Shown in pieces: positions 50,038 through 60,128 of a DNA stretch of 64,000 nt. Location: contig OZ255836.1 of the NCBI GenBank assembly GCA_965277715.1, positions 3,712,001 through 3,776,000 on the forward strand, given 5' to 3'. Position numbers and translations under genes: made by a program. This stretch comes from Gammaproteobacteria bacterium (GTDB taxonomy: Bacteria; Pseudomonadota; Gammaproteobacteria; JBCCGL01). How positions within the stretch are numbered: the first letter of the stretch is position 1; the number at the start of each line of letters is the position of its first letter. The notes under the pieces are model-generated. The model saw nothing but the letters and a program-made list of their open reading frames with translations. It did no database searches and was not told where the DNA came from.

Positions 50038-50946
50038 TCACGAAACAAATAACAAAACAACAATCCCAGCCGCCACCAGGCCTGTTCCCACTGCCTCCAT
50101 AAAACGCACTTTTTCTTTAAAAAATAATGTGGTTGCCACAAACGTAAAAATCAATTCAACCTGCCCTAATGCACGCACATAACCCGCATTTTGCAGGGTA
50201 AATGCGCTAAACCAGGCAATAGATGCCAACGCCCCGCTCAAACCAACCGCCCCGGCCCAGCGCCAATTGCGGATTACCCGCGCTATTTCTCCAGGCTCTT
50301 TAAAAACAATATACACCCCCATCAAAACACACTGTAAAACTAAACTGACAAATAACGTATAAGCGGCTGCCATAACAAACTGATCAGAATCCAGTGATAG
50401 CGACGCCCCCCGAAAAAAGACCACCGATCCCCCCAGCCACATAGCACACAATAAACCAATGGCAGTTGATCGGTGTTTTAACCCACTGATTAATGAAGTG
50501 AATGCTAATTTTTCCCGGCCAATACTCAATGCAATTAAACCCGAGGCGCTAATGGCGATGGCGAGCACAGCCAGGCCACTTAAATGATCACCCAGTAAAA
50601 TGGCGCCAAACAATGCGACCATCACCACTTCCAGCTTTGAATAAGTAGTGCCGACGGCAAAACTTTTAAACGAAAACATCCACAACAAAAACACCGTAAA
50701 TAAAATCTGGCACAGACCGCCGAGTGCGCAAAACAGTAAAAAACGCCTATTGGGTTGCGGGTATTCATACGCACCCCACGTATGCAACAACCACATGTAA
50801 ATACCGGCAATGGGCACAGCATAGATAAACCGTGCATAGGCTGCACCGTTGGTTGAAAGCCGCCCTTTGAGGTGTTTTTGTAATGCCGAGCGCAGGTTTT
50901 GAAAAAACGCAGCGGCAATGGTGATGGGAATCCAGAGCTCAAACAT
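50038..50946 (-). CDS. DMT/EamA family transporter
   Basis: ELWIPITIAAAFFQNLRSALQK, FAVGTTYSK and YVRALGQVEL. Confidence 0.88.
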   Translation of the reverse strand: MFELWIPITIAAAFFQNLRSALQKHLKGRLSTNGAAYARFIYAVPIAGIYMWLLHTWGAYEYPQPNRRFLLFCALGGLCQILFTVFLLWMFSFKSFAVGTTYSKLEVVMVALFGAILLGDHLSGLAVLAIAISASGLIALSIGREKLAFTSLISGLKHRSTAIGLLCAMWLGGSVVFFRGASLSLDSDQFVMAAAYTLFVSLVLQCVLMGVYIVFKEPGEIARVIRNWRWAGAVGLSGALASIAWFSAFTLQNAGYVRALGQVELIFTFVATTLFFKEKVRFMEAVGTGLVAAGIVVLLFVS

Positions 50947-50965
50947 TTGTAGTCGATTCAACGAA

Positions 50966-51793
50966 TTAATTCAGATTAAACCCCTGCTTGCGGATATAGG
51001 CACCAAAATCAGTGCGCATGGGCAAGGCGTATTGCCGGGCATGGTCTTCTGACCAGCCGTAATCCTCACTTATGCCGAAGTGGTCGGTGAGTCTTTGTGC
51101 TGCATCCGGTGTCTTGTCCTGTTGCCCGCGTTGCCTGTCGTAGCGCTTTACGGTGTCCAGTAGCTGGCTGTCGTCGTAGTGGTTTTTATGTACGGTGACC
51201 TGATTTGGCAGGCGCATACTGACGGGGGTTGTTTGCGCTGGCCAGCCAAGGCATAAAGCCGCGACGGGAAACACATACGAGGGCAGTTTTAATTGTTCAG
51301 AAAGCGTGTGGATACTGTCTCTCACCTGGCTGATTGGGCAGCAACCGAGACCGTGTGATTCGGCGGCGAGAATAAACGTTTGCATGGCGATGGCGGCATC
51401 GACAGTGGTGTTCATAAAGGTATCTAGGTGGTCATTGCGAAACGGGTGTTGGCGCAATTCACTGACTCGGCGCATACGCCGGTTATCACCACACCACACC
51501 ATAAACACAGGTGCTTCGGCAATCCAGTGGGTGGCGCTGTTATTCGTGGCGATTTGTCGTTGCAGGCTCCGGTCTTCGATATGGATAACGCTGACCTGCT
51601 GAAGGTCTGATTTTGATGGAGCGGAAAAAGCCACCGCAAACAGCGCCTCCAGCGTGGCATCAGATACCTTGCGGCCACTGAACTGCCGACACGAGGCACG
51701 CGCCAGAATAGTGCGCATCGTATCGTTCAGCAGAGCGCTTGCAGCGTCAGACAGTGGCTGTGCATAGCGGTGGGCTGCGGTAGTGTTGTTCAT
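50966..51793 (-). CDS. Nitroreductase family protein (NfsA/FRP-like)
   Basis: RASCRQF, APSKSDLQQ, AESHGLGCCPIS and SMRLP. Confidence 0.88.
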   Translation of the reverse strand: MNNTTAAHRYAQPLSDAASALLNDTMRTILARASCRQFSGRKVSDATLEALFAVAFSAPSKSDLQQVSVIHIEDRSLQRQIATNNSATHWIAEAPVFMVWCGDNRRMRRVSELRQHPFRNDHLDTFMNTTVDAAIAMQTFILAAESHGLGCCPISQVRDSIHTLSEQLKLPSYVFPVAALCLGWPAQTTPVSMRLPNQVTVHKNHYDDSQLLDTVKRYDRQRGQQDKTPDAAQRLTDHFGISEDYGWSEDHARQYALPMRTDFGAYIRKQGFNLN

Positions 51794-51872
51794 TCAATTG
51801 TGCGCCGTTATTAATAAATTGCGAAAAACCGCATTTTTAAGCTGCTTTACTATAGCGCCTTAAACACTCCCG

Positions 51873-53132
51873 CTACGATTCAACTGGATTGTTAGGGCTA
51901 TCATCCTGGGTTAAAGGGTCTGGGTTAAAGGGTGCATCAATCGCACCGCTTGGTTGGGTAAACCAGCGAGGCCCCTGCCCGGTGATATAAGCATGATCTT
52001 CCAGGCGCACACCAAACTCCCCGTAACTGCATATCATCGGCTCGATGGAAAAACACATGCCCGGTGTCAGTGGCAGTGTGTTACCTCTGACAATATAGGG
52101 GTGTTCGTGCACGTCCAGGCCGACGCCGTGACCTGTGCGGTGTGGCAGGCCGGGCACCTGGTAGCCTGGCCCATAACCGGCGGCGGTGATCACCTGGCGC
52201 GCTGCATCGTCAGGGGCAGAGCAGGGCGCGCCGACTTGTGCCGCTTCAAAAGCGGCCACCTGGGCGGCTTTTTCCAATGCCCAGATCTCCCGCTGCCGGT
52301 CAGTGGCTTCACCAAAAACATAGCTGCGGGTAATGTCTGAGTTATAGCCGTGCAGGGTGGCACCGGTATCGATCAGTACCATGTCCCCCTCGTTGAGGGT
52401 TTGTGGGTAGGGCACGCCGTGCGGGTAGGCGGTGGCTTCGCCAAACAAGACGATCTTGAAGGTTGAGCGGCCATCCATCCCACAGGCGATATGTGCCTCG
52501 TCGAGAAACGCCTGTACTTCGCGGGTGTCGATGCCGGGATAGAGCATGGCCGCCGCCGCCTGTTGCACGTTGAGGGTGATAGCCTTGGCCTGGGTGAGCA
52601 GTGCCAGCTCGGCGGGGGACTTGATTCTGCGGCATTCGGCAATCAATGACTCTGCGCTGATAATGGTGAGGGCAGGGTTGGCTGTTTGCAGGCGGCTTGC
52701 GCTGAAAAAAGGGGTTTGATCGTCGATTGCCAGGGTGGCGCGTGCGCCGTTTGCACATTTCAATACGGCGTTTGCAACGGCGTCTGTTGGGCTTTCGTGT
52801 TCTTCCCAAAGGATAAAATCGCCTTCAATAACAAGGCCAGCGCGGGTTTTTTGTTCTTCAAATGCAGGGCAAATGTAGAGTAATTCCCCACTAATCGAAA
52901 TGATTGCGCCGTGCAGCCGTTCACTGGAGTGGCACTGCAGGCCGGTGAAGTAGCGCAGGCTGCTGGTGGCATCGAGATACAGTGCGTCGATGCCTGCACT
53001 TTTCATTAACTCGCGCACTTTATGCAGGCGCACGCCGTATTCATCGACACTGATCGGGGTGGCCTGATCGCGTGTTGAGGTGAATCGGGCGCGCTCTTTT
53101 TCGCTGTTTGAACTACCTATGCCAAGTGTCAT
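51873..53132 (-). CDS. Xaa-Pro dipeptidase (M24B)
   Basis: PHG, DTG...GYNSDITR, HRTGHGVGLDVHE, SIEP and GVRLEDH. Confidence 0.93.
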   Translation of the reverse strand: MTLGIGSSNSEKERARFTSTRDQATPISVDEYGVRLHKVRELMKSAGIDALYLDATSSLRYFTGLQCHSSERLHGAIISISGELLYICPAFEEQKTRAGLVIEGDFILWEEHESPTDAVANAVLKCANGARATLAIDDQTPFFSASRLQTANPALTIISAESLIAECRRIKSPAELALLTQAKAITLNVQQAAAAMLYPGIDTREVQAFLDEAHIACGMDGRSTFKIVLFGEATAYPHGVPYPQTLNEGDMVLIDTGATLHGYNSDITRSYVFGEATDRQREIWALEKAAQVAAFEAAQVGAPCSAPDDAARQVITAAGYGPGYQVPGLPHRTGHGVGLDVHEHPYIVRGNTLPLTPGMCFSIEPMICSYGEFGVRLEDHAYITGQGPRWFTQPSGAIDAPFNPDPLTQDDSPNNPVES

Positions 53133-53281
53133 TTTTATCTCGCAGGGAATGCCCGTTGTATACCTATTGTCTGGGCTTATTATCCGGGTTTATTGCCTGG
53201 ATTTATTGTCCGGGCCGGACTATACATGAAATGTTATATTTTTTTAAAAGTCTGTATAGTTATCCCAGGCTAACCGTAATA

Positions 53282-53300
53282 TTCATCAGATTCTGATGAA
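53282..53300. promoter_or_regulatory. Putative operator palindrome between the peptidase gene and dppA
   Basis: TTCATCAGA-T-TCTGATGAA perfect inverted repeat. Confidence 0.4.
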
Positions 53301-53391
53301 ACTGATAAGCAACGGAAGGTCGGCTGTACAATTTCATTCGCTATAGACATTCACCAATACCCAGAATTATTTACGCTGTGGAGGCATCATA

Positions 53392-54972
53392 ATGAAAACC
53401 AGATTGATTGCGGCAACTGCTGCGGCTCTGCTCGCGGGCACCGCGCAGGCAAAAACGCTCGTTTTTTGCTCGGAGGGCTCACCCGAAGGGTTTACACCCG
53501 CACTGTATACAGCAGGTACAACGTTTGACGCCTCTTCGCGTCAGATCTTTAACAAACTGGTCGAGTTCGACAACGGCACCACCAATATCATCCCCGGCCT
53601 GGCCGAGAGCTGGCAGGTTTCAGACGACGGCCTGGAATATACGTTTACCCTACGCAAAGGGGTTAAATGGCACACGACCAAAGACTTTACCCCCAGCCGG
53701 GATTTTAATGCCGACGACGTATTGTTTTCGTTTAACCGGCAGTTTTTGAAAGATAACCCGTTTCACAGTGTATCAGGGGGGACCTATGAGTACTTCAACG
53801 GCATGTCGATGCCCGATCTGTTGAAAAAAGTGGAAAAAGTTGACGAACATACCGTTAAGTTTGTTTTAAACCGGCCTGAAGCACCGATGATCGCCAACCT
53901 GGCGATGGATTTTGCCTCAATTCATTCGGCGGAGTACGCGGACAATATGGCCGCCGCCGGTACACTGGATAAATTTGACCAGAACCCGGTTGGCACCGGC
54001 CCTTTTCAAATGGTTGCCTATCAAAAAGACGCCTTTATCCGCTACAAGGCACACCCGGACTACTGGCGCGGTAAAGCGGCTATCGATGACCTGGTGTTTG
54101 CCATTACCCCGGATGCCTCGGTGCGCTACCAGAAGCTAAAAGCGGGTGAATGCCATGTAATGCCTTATCCCAACCCCGCTGATATCAGTGCAATGCGCGA
54201 AGATGCGGCGGTTAACTTACTCAGCCAGGAAGGGCTGAATGTGGGCTACCTGGCCTATAACAGCAAAGTGGCACCGTTCGATAACCCGAAAGTCCGCAAA
54301 GCGCTGAACCAGGCGATCAATAAAAACGCGATTATCGATGCCGTCTTTCAGGGCGCTGGAAAAGTGGCCAAAAACCCGATTCCGCCGACTATCTGGTCGT
54401 ATAACGAAGCCACCGTTGACGATAGCTACGACCCGGTCGCCGCCAAAGCGGCACTGACCGCAGAGGGCGTCAGCGACCTGAAAATGAAAGTGTGGGCAAT
54501 GCCGGTACAGCGCCCTTACAACCCCAATGCACGGCGTATGGCCGAGCTGATCCAGGCGGACTTTGGCAAAGTGGGTGTCGATGTGGAAATCATCTCCTAT
54601 GAATGGGGTGAGTACCTCAAACGCTCCAAAGACCTCGATCGCGATGGCGCGGTACTACTAGGCTGGACGGGTGATAACGGTGACCCGGATAACTTCCTGG
54701 CGGTACTGCTCGGTTGTGATGGCGTGGGTGGTTCAAACCGTGCGCAATGGTGTCATCAACCGTTTGAAGACCTGATCCAGAAGGCCAAAGTGGTTTCAGA
54801 CCCGGCTGAGCGCACCGCGCTTTACGAACAGGCGCAAACGGTCTTCAAAGAGCAGGCGCCGTGGGCGACGATTGCACACTCGGTGGTATTTAAGCCGATT
54901 CGCAAAGAAGTCACCGGGTTTAAAATTGATCCGTTTGGTGGGCACGTTTTCTACGGTGTCGATCTAAAATAA
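53392..54972 (+). CDS. dppA: Dipeptide ABC transporter substrate-binding protein
   Basis: LVFCSEGSPEGF, AMPVQRPYNPNARRMAE, YEWGEYL and GWTGDNGDPDNF. Confidence 0.95.
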   Translation: MKTRLIAATAAALLAGTAQAKTLVFCSEGSPEGFTPALYTAGTTFDASSRQIFNKLVEFDNGTTNIIPGLAESWQVSDDGLEYTFTLRKGVKWHTTKDFTPSRDFNADDVLFSFNRQFLKDNPFHSVSGGTYEYFNGMSMPDLLKKVEKVDEHTVKFVLNRPEAPMIANLAMDFASIHSAEYADNMAAAGTLDKFDQNPVGTGPFQMVAYQKDAFIRYKAHPDYWRGKAAIDDLVFAITPDASVRYQKLKAGECHVMPYPNPADISAMREDAAVNLLSQEGLNVGYLAYNSKVAPFDNPKVRKALNQAINKNAIIDAVFQGAGKVAKNPIPPTIWSYNEATVDDSYDPVAAKAALTAEGVSDLKMKVWAMPVQRPYNPNARRMAELIQADFGKVGVDVEIISYEWGEYLKRSKDLDRDGAVLLGWTGDNGDPDNFLAVLLGCDGVGGSNRAQWCHQPFEDLIQKAKVVSDPAERTALYEQAQTVFKEQAPWATIAHSVVFKPIRKEVTGFKIDPFGGHVFYGVDLK

Positions 54973-54987
54973 CTGTCTTTCTGTTAC

Positions 54988-55015
54988 GCCCCTTGCGCAC
55001 TGCGCAAGGGGCTTT
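54988..55015 (+). terminator. Hairpin after dppA
   Basis: GCCCCTTGCGCA-C-TGCGCAAGGGGC followed by TTT. Confidence 0.7.
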
Positions 55016-55040
55016 ATTGGCGCACAACCTGCCTGCCTGA

Positions 55041-56051
55041 ATGTTCAAATTCTTACTTAATAAACTGGCGTTGATAATACCGACGTTTATCGGCGTTACC
55101 ATCGCCGCTTTTGCCTTTATCCGCCTGCTACCGGGCGATCCTATTTTATTGTTGGCCGGTGAACGTGGCGTCAGTGCTGAGCGCCGTGCAGAGCTTGAAT
55201 CTGTATTTGGATTTGACCGGCCATTGTGGGAGCAGTACTTTCGTTTTCTCGGTGATTTATTGCACGGTGATCTCGGCGTTTCCATCGTCACCAAAACCCC
55301 CGTGCTCGAAGAGTTTCTGGCGCGCTTTCCCGCCACGGTCGAACTGTCGGTGATCGCGATGATTTTTGCCACGCTGATCGGTTTGCCTGCGGGCATTATC
55401 GCCGCAGTACGGCGTGGCTCAATGTTTGATCACACCGTGATGGGTATTTCACTCACCGGTTACTCCATGCCGATTTTCTGGTGGGGCCTGCTACTGATTA
55501 TTTTTTTCTCCGGCACGTTGGGCTGGACACCCGTTTCCGGGCGTATGTCATTTCTATTCTTTTTTGAACCGGTCACCGGGTTTATGTTGATCGACTCATT
55601 GCTCGCCGATCAGGCGGGTGCGTTTAAATCGGCGGTGTCGCATTTAATCCTGCCTTCAGTGGTGCTCGGCACCATTCCCCTGGCGGTAATCGCCCGGCAA
55701 ACCCGCTCTTCCATGCTGGAAGTCTTGAACGAAGACTATGTGCGTACAGCGCGGGCCAAAGGCTTATCACCGTTTCGCGTGGTCGCTGTGCACGCATTGC
55801 GCAATGCCCTGATAACGGTGATCACGGTAATTGGTTTACAGGTGGGGGTGTTGATGGCCGGGGCGATACTGACCGAAACTATTTTTGCCTGGCCCGGTAT
55901 CGGTAAATGGATGATTGATTCTATTTTTCGCCGCGACTACCCGGCTGTGCAGGGTGGTTTATTACTGATTGCCTCGATTGTGATGGTGGTCAATTTACTC
56001 GTCGATCTGACCTATGGCCTGGTCAATCCACGCATTCGGCGGGAATCCTGA
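55041..56051 (+). CDS. dppB: Dipeptide ABC transporter permease
   Basis: PGDP, FPATVEL, YSMPIFWWG, DYVRTARAKG and RRDYP. Confidence 0.94.
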   Translation: MFKFLLNKLALIIPTFIGVTIAAFAFIRLLPGDPILLLAGERGVSAERRAELESVFGFDRPLWEQYFRFLGDLLHGDLGVSIVTKTPVLEEFLARFPATVELSVIAMIFATLIGLPAGIIAAVRRGSMFDHTVMGISLTGYSMPIFWWGLLLIIFFSGTLGWTPVSGRMSFLFFFEPVTGFMLIDSLLADQAGAFKSAVSHLILPSVVLGTIPLAVIARQTRSSMLEVLNEDYVRTARAKGLSPFRVVAVHALRNALITVITVIGLQVGVLMAGAILTETIFAWPGIGKWMIDSIFRRDYPAVQGGLLLIASIVMVVNLLVDLTYGLVNPRIRRES

Positions 56052-56953
56052 TGGCAGCCTCGACAGCAGATACCCTGGCGGTGGGCACTTTTGGTCACAG
56101 TGTGCGCGAGTTTTGGCGTTATTTCCGGGAAAACCCGGGGGCTGTGGCGGGCCTGTATTTTCTATTGATCGTATTCTTCCTGGCCTTGTTTGCCGATGTG
56201 ATTGCACCCTACGACCCCACCGAGCAAAACCGTGATGCTTTATTGCAAGCGCCTGTCTGGCAGGAGGGGGGGAGTTGGGATTATATCCTCGGCTCTGATG
56301 CGGTGGGCCGGGATCTGTTGTCGCGCATAATTTATGGGGCGCGCTTTTCGCTGTTTATCGGCGCGGTAGTGGTCACCCTGTCGATGGGTGCCGGGATTAT
56401 GCTGGGGCTGCTCGCCGGTTATTTTCGTGGCCGTATGGAAACGGTGATTATGCGGGTGATGGATGTGATTCTGGCGTTTCCCAGTTTACTGTTGGCGCTG
56501 GGTCTGGTGGCTATTTTAGGCCCGGCGATGATCAATGCGATGATTGCCATTGCCATCGTGTTATTGCCGCATTTTGTGCGCCTGACACGCGCCAACGTGA
56601 TTATCGAAAAAGACAAGGAATACGTTATCGCCAGCCGCCTCGCCGGGGCAGGTCACAGCCGCCTGATGATTAACACCATTTTGCCAAACTGCATGGCACC
56701 ACTGATTGTGCAGGCGACATTATCATTCTCAACCGCGATTCTGGACGCCGCCGCGCTCGGTTTTCTCGGTATGGGCGCGCAGCCCCCCACCCCGGAATGG
56801 GGCGCGATGCTCGCCGAAGCACGCGAGTTCATCCTGCGCGCTTGGTGGGTGGTGACGTTTCCCGGTTTGGCTATTCTGCTCACCGTATTATCGATCAACC
56901 TAATGGGGGATGGGTTGCGTGATGCCCTCGACCCAAAAATGAAGCGTTCCTGA
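56051..56953 (+). CDS. dppC: Dipeptide ABC transporter permease
   Basis: GRDLLSRIIYGAR, FPSLLLA, GAQPPTPEWG and GDGLRDALDP. Confidence 0.94.
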   Translation: MAASTADTLAVGTFGHSVREFWRYFRENPGAVAGLYFLLIVFFLALFADVIAPYDPTEQNRDALLQAPVWQEGGSWDYILGSDAVGRDLLSRIIYGARFSLFIGAVVVTLSMGAGIMLGLLAGYFRGRMETVIMRVMDVILAFPSLLLALGLVAILGPAMINAMIAIAIVLLPHFVRLTRANVIIEKDKEYVIASRLAGAGHSRLMINTILPNCMAPLIVQATLSFSTAILDAAALGFLGMGAQPPTPEWGAMLAEAREFILRAWWVVTFPGLAILLTVLSINLMGDGLRDALDPKMKRS

Positions 56954-56956
56954 AAC

Positions 56957-57994
56957 ATGGCACTGTTATCGATAAAAAACCTCAGCGTGCGCTTTAAAAC
57001 CGCCAGTGGTTTATTCAGTGCGGTAGAGAATGTATCGCTCGATGTGGAAAGCGGTGAAGTAGTGGCGATTGTGGGCGAATCGGGCTCAGGCAAATCGGTG
57101 GCGATGTTGGCACTGATGGGGCTATTGCCGTGGACAGCCCAGGTTACCGCTGATGCCATGTTGTTCGATGGTGTAGCGTTAAACACACTACCGGCAAAAG
57201 CCCGCCGCGCTTTAAACGGTGGGGCAATGTCGATGATATTTCAGGAGCCGATGACCAGCCTGAACCCGTGTTTTACGGTTGGCGCTCAAATTGATGAAAT
57301 GATCCGTATCCATCAGGGTGGTAATCGCAAACAGCGTAAACAACATACCCTCGACTTACTGGCGCAAGTGGGCATTCCCGATCCTAAAAAACGTTACGGT
57401 GACTACCCGCACCAAATGTCTGGTGGTATGAGTCAACGGGTGATGATCGCGATGGCGATAGCCTGCTCGCCGCGTTTGTTAATTGCCGATGAGCCGACCA
57501 CTGCGCTCGATGTCACCATCCAGGCGCAAATCCTCGACCTGTTATTGTCATTGCAAACCAGCCACGATATGGCGTTGATTCTGATCACCCACGATATGGG
57601 CGTGGTCGCCGAGACAGCCCACCGTGTTGCCGTGCAGTACGCAGGCCAGCAGGTGGAGATGCAGCCGGTGGTAGACTTATTCGATCGGCCACGCCACCCC
57701 TATACCGCCGCGTTATTATCCGCATTGCCGGAGCGGGCGGGGAGTGACGCCCGCCTGCCGACGATTCCGGGAGTAGTACCGGGGCAGTTTGATCGCCCCC
57801 AGGGGTGTTTATTTAATCCGCGATGCGCCTTTGCCGATGTGCAGTGTCGGGATACCCACCCGCAGGTGGCTGAGGGCGATACAACCCTGGCACTGTGCCA
57901 CTACCCATTGGTTGATGGCGTACTGAGTCGTGGCGCATCAGGTGATAGCGTATTGGAGCAGGCGGTAAAGGAGGCACAATGCGCGGCGAAGTGA
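56957..57994 (+). CDS. dppD: Dipeptide ABC transporter ATPase
   Basis: [35 protein letters not shown] and HPYT. Confidence 0.93.
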   Translation: MALLSIKNLSVRFKTASGLFSAVENVSLDVESGEVVAIVGESGSGKSVAMLALMGLLPWTAQVTADAMLFDGVALNTLPAKARRALNGGAMSMIFQEPMTSLNPCFTVGAQIDEMIRIHQGGNRKQRKQHTLDLLAQVGIPDPKKRYGDYPHQMSGGMSQRVMIAMAIACSPRLLIADEPTTALDVTIQAQILDLLLSLQTSHDMALILITHDMGVVAETAHRVAVQYAGQQVEMQPVVDLFDRPRHPYTAALLSALPERAGSDARLPTIPGVVPGQFDRPQGCLFNPRCAFADVQCRDTHPQVAEGDTTLALCHYPLVDGVLSRGASGDSVLEQAVKEAQCAAK

Positions 57995-58953
57995 TCTTGC
58001 GGGCGCACCAGCTAACCCGTTATTACACCATCAAAAGAGGCATATTTAGTGGCAGTGCAACGGTTAAAGCACTGAACGGCGCTACTTTTTCAGTGCGTGC
58101 AGGTGAAACACTCGCGGTTGTTGGCGAGAGCGGTTGTGGAAAATCGACGCTGGCGCGTGTGCTTACCATGATAGAACCGCCCAGCAGCGGTTCATTGGAA
58201 ATTGAAGGTCAACTGATAACCCTGGTCGATGGCAAGCCGCCCAGCGCCTTGCGTGAACGCGTGCAAATTGTTTTTCAAAACCCCTACGGCTCGTTAAACC
58301 CACGCAAAACGGTTGCGGCCATGCTTGAAGAGCCACTTAAACTAAACACCACCCTCGATACCACACAACGACGCACAGCGGCGCAGGATATGCTGGCCAA
58401 AGTGGGTTTGCGGCCAGAGCATATAGACCGTTATCCGCATATGTTTTCTGGTGGCCAGCGCCAGCGCATTGCGATTGCACGCGCTTTGATGCTGCGCCCG
58501 AAGCTACTGATCCTCGATGAGCCGGTCTCTGCGCTCGATCTCTCCATTCAGGCACAGATACTGAACTTATTGAGTGATTTGCAGGATGAATTTGGCCTTG
58601 CGTATATCTTTATTTCGCACGACCTGTCCGTGGTGCGCCGCATCGCCGACGATATCATCGTCATGTATTTTGGTAAGCCGGTTGAGTCCGGGTCGGCTCA
58701 AGCTATCTTTACCCATCCCAAACACCCTTACACACAAGCCCTGTTTTCCGCGACGCCGATTGCTGACCCCAAACAGCGCAAGCAGCGAATCCAACTGACC
58801 GGGGAGCCGCCATCACCCCTGGCACCGCCGCCGGGGTGCGCTTTTGCACCGCGCTGCCCGCGTGGCCAGGATAACTGTCGGCAATCAGAACCCACGCTGG
58901 AACCAATAGGTGATGCAACGGTTGCCTGCTGGTATCCGGTTAAAGTGTCCTGA
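57979..58953 (+). CDS. dppF: Dipeptide ABC transporter ATPase
   Basis: GESGCGKST, FQNPYGSLNPR and YPHMFSGGQRQR. Confidence 0.93.
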   Translation: MRGEVILRAHQLTRYYTIKRGIFSGSATVKALNGATFSVRAGETLAVVGESGCGKSTLARVLTMIEPPSSGSLEIEGQLITLVDGKPPSALRERVQIVFQNPYGSLNPRKTVAAMLEEPLKLNTTLDTTQRRTAAQDMLAKVGLRPEHIDRYPHMFSGGQRQRIAIARALMLRPKLLILDEPVSALDLSIQAQILNLLSDLQDEFGLAYIFISHDLSVVRRIADDIIVMYFGKPVESGSAQAIFTHPKHPYTQALFSATPIADPKQRKQRIQLTGEPPSPLAPPPGCAFAPRCPRGQDNCRQSEPTLEPIGDATVACWYPVKVS

Positions 58954-58965
58954 AGCTCTCTGTCT

Positions 58966-59403
58966 ATGTCGTACCACTTGGCACAGCTCAATATTGCAAA
59001 GATGAAATACGCGATTGAGTCAGCGGAAATGGCAGACTTTGTCGCCAACCTGGATAGAATAAATACACTTGCGGAATCATCGCCGGGTTTTGTCTGGCGT
59101 TTGCAGACAGCGGCGGGTGATGCAACCGGCATCCGTGTTTTTGGTGACGATATCCTGGTTAACATGAGCGTGTGGGTGGATGTTGAATCACTGCACAACT
59201 ATACCTACCGCACGGCGCATACCGAGATAATGCGCCAGCGGAAAGCGTGGTTTCAACGCATGGATGAGGCTTATAGCGTGTTGTGGTGGGTGCCCTGTGG
59301 GCAGATGCCCACACTTGATGAAGCGAAGCAAAGATTGGAACAGTTGAACAGTGACGGGCCAACTGCACGGGCGTTTACATTTAAAAAGGTTTTTTCAGTT
59401 TAA
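58966..59403 (+). CDS. DUF3291 family protein
   Basis: HLAQLNIA, SPGFVWRLQ, VNMSVW, VLWWVP and GPTARAFTF. Confidence 0.9.
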   Translation: MSYHLAQLNIAKMKYAIESAEMADFVANLDRINTLAESSPGFVWRLQTAAGDATGIRVFGDDILVNMSVWVDVESLHNYTYRTAHTEIMRQRKAWFQRMDEAYSVLWWVPCGQMPTLDEAKQRLEQLNSDGPTARAFTFKKVFSV

Positions 59404-59642
59404 ACCAAGGTTCACCCGGTACAGTAGGTAGTAGAAAAAGGACATTATTTAGATGCCAACGACAGCGGAGGTATCTCCTAAAAGCGCTTTAGATTCAGTG
59501 CATTAGGTGGTCGCAGTAGATTCAACTGAGGAATTTAGGATAATAGCGCCGTTCAATAGATGTCTCTGTCTTTAATGTTCTTTCGGACTCTACCATCGCT
59601 ATACCTGTCAAACCGGCCCACTCGCTCAACATAGGCAGCTTG

Positions 59643-59852
59643 TTAACAGACCTGGTAAACCAGCAGCGCCTTATTTCTTTGCGATTCCTTTTCTTTATTG
59701 GTATCTGAAAGCTGAGGCTTGTGGTCTAAAGATGTGCCGATAAACTGCAATGAGCTGGAGATAAACTGTAGGGTATCAATGGGGTTGTCTTCGAGTACAG
59801 CTAGAATGGAGTGTTTGATTTCGTGTTGGTTTGGTTGGGTGATAGTGGGCAT
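59643..59852 (-). CDS. Hypothetical protein downstream of the C4-like RNA
   Basis: GAGGAAG RBS before the ATG. Sits where the gene controlled by a C4/CI leader usually sits. Confidence 0.55.
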   Translation of the reverse strand: MPTITQPNQHEIKHSILAVLEDNPIDTLQFISSSLQFIGTSLDHKPQLSDTNKEKESQRNKALLVYQVC

Positions 59853-59911
59853 AACGACTTCCTCTTGATGATGGTATTTACACCGCCACTAAAGGTTGTG
59901 ATCCCCAGTGG

Positions 59912-59999
59912 TGGTAGATTGGATCGGGTCACAACAACCGCTCAAGAGACAACGGCCCATCCAAAGGTTTCCCAAAGGATAGCCCAATCCAACCTACCA
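59912..59999 (-). ncRNA. C4/CI-type antisense RNA
   Basis: TGGTAGGTTGGATTGGG pairs with CCCGATCCAATCTACCA, with G-U pairs on the minus strand. Internal GTTGTGA is complementary to the TCACAACC boxes at 60061-60068 and 59894-59901. Confidence 0.72.
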
Positions 60000-60100
60000 T
60001 AGAGGCAGGTAGAACTTGACCAGAAGTGCAATGCACTTTTAGTCATTCTCTGATAAGCGGGGTTGTGAGGCCCGGCGTCGGATTTTGCTAACGCCGATAC

Positions 60101-60128
60101 AGAATAACGCGGTATATAGCGTTGTCAA
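60101..60128 (-). promoter_or_regulatory. Sigma70-like promoter for the C4 leader
   Basis: TTGACA-16 bp-TATTCT. Confidence 0.6.

Noticed and set aside
59495-59530. tRNA 3'-end att site (minus strand GTTGAATCTACTGCGACCA)
   Set aside because: No proper T-arm or cloverleaf, and the same motif recurs at about 30049 as part of a palindromic repeat.
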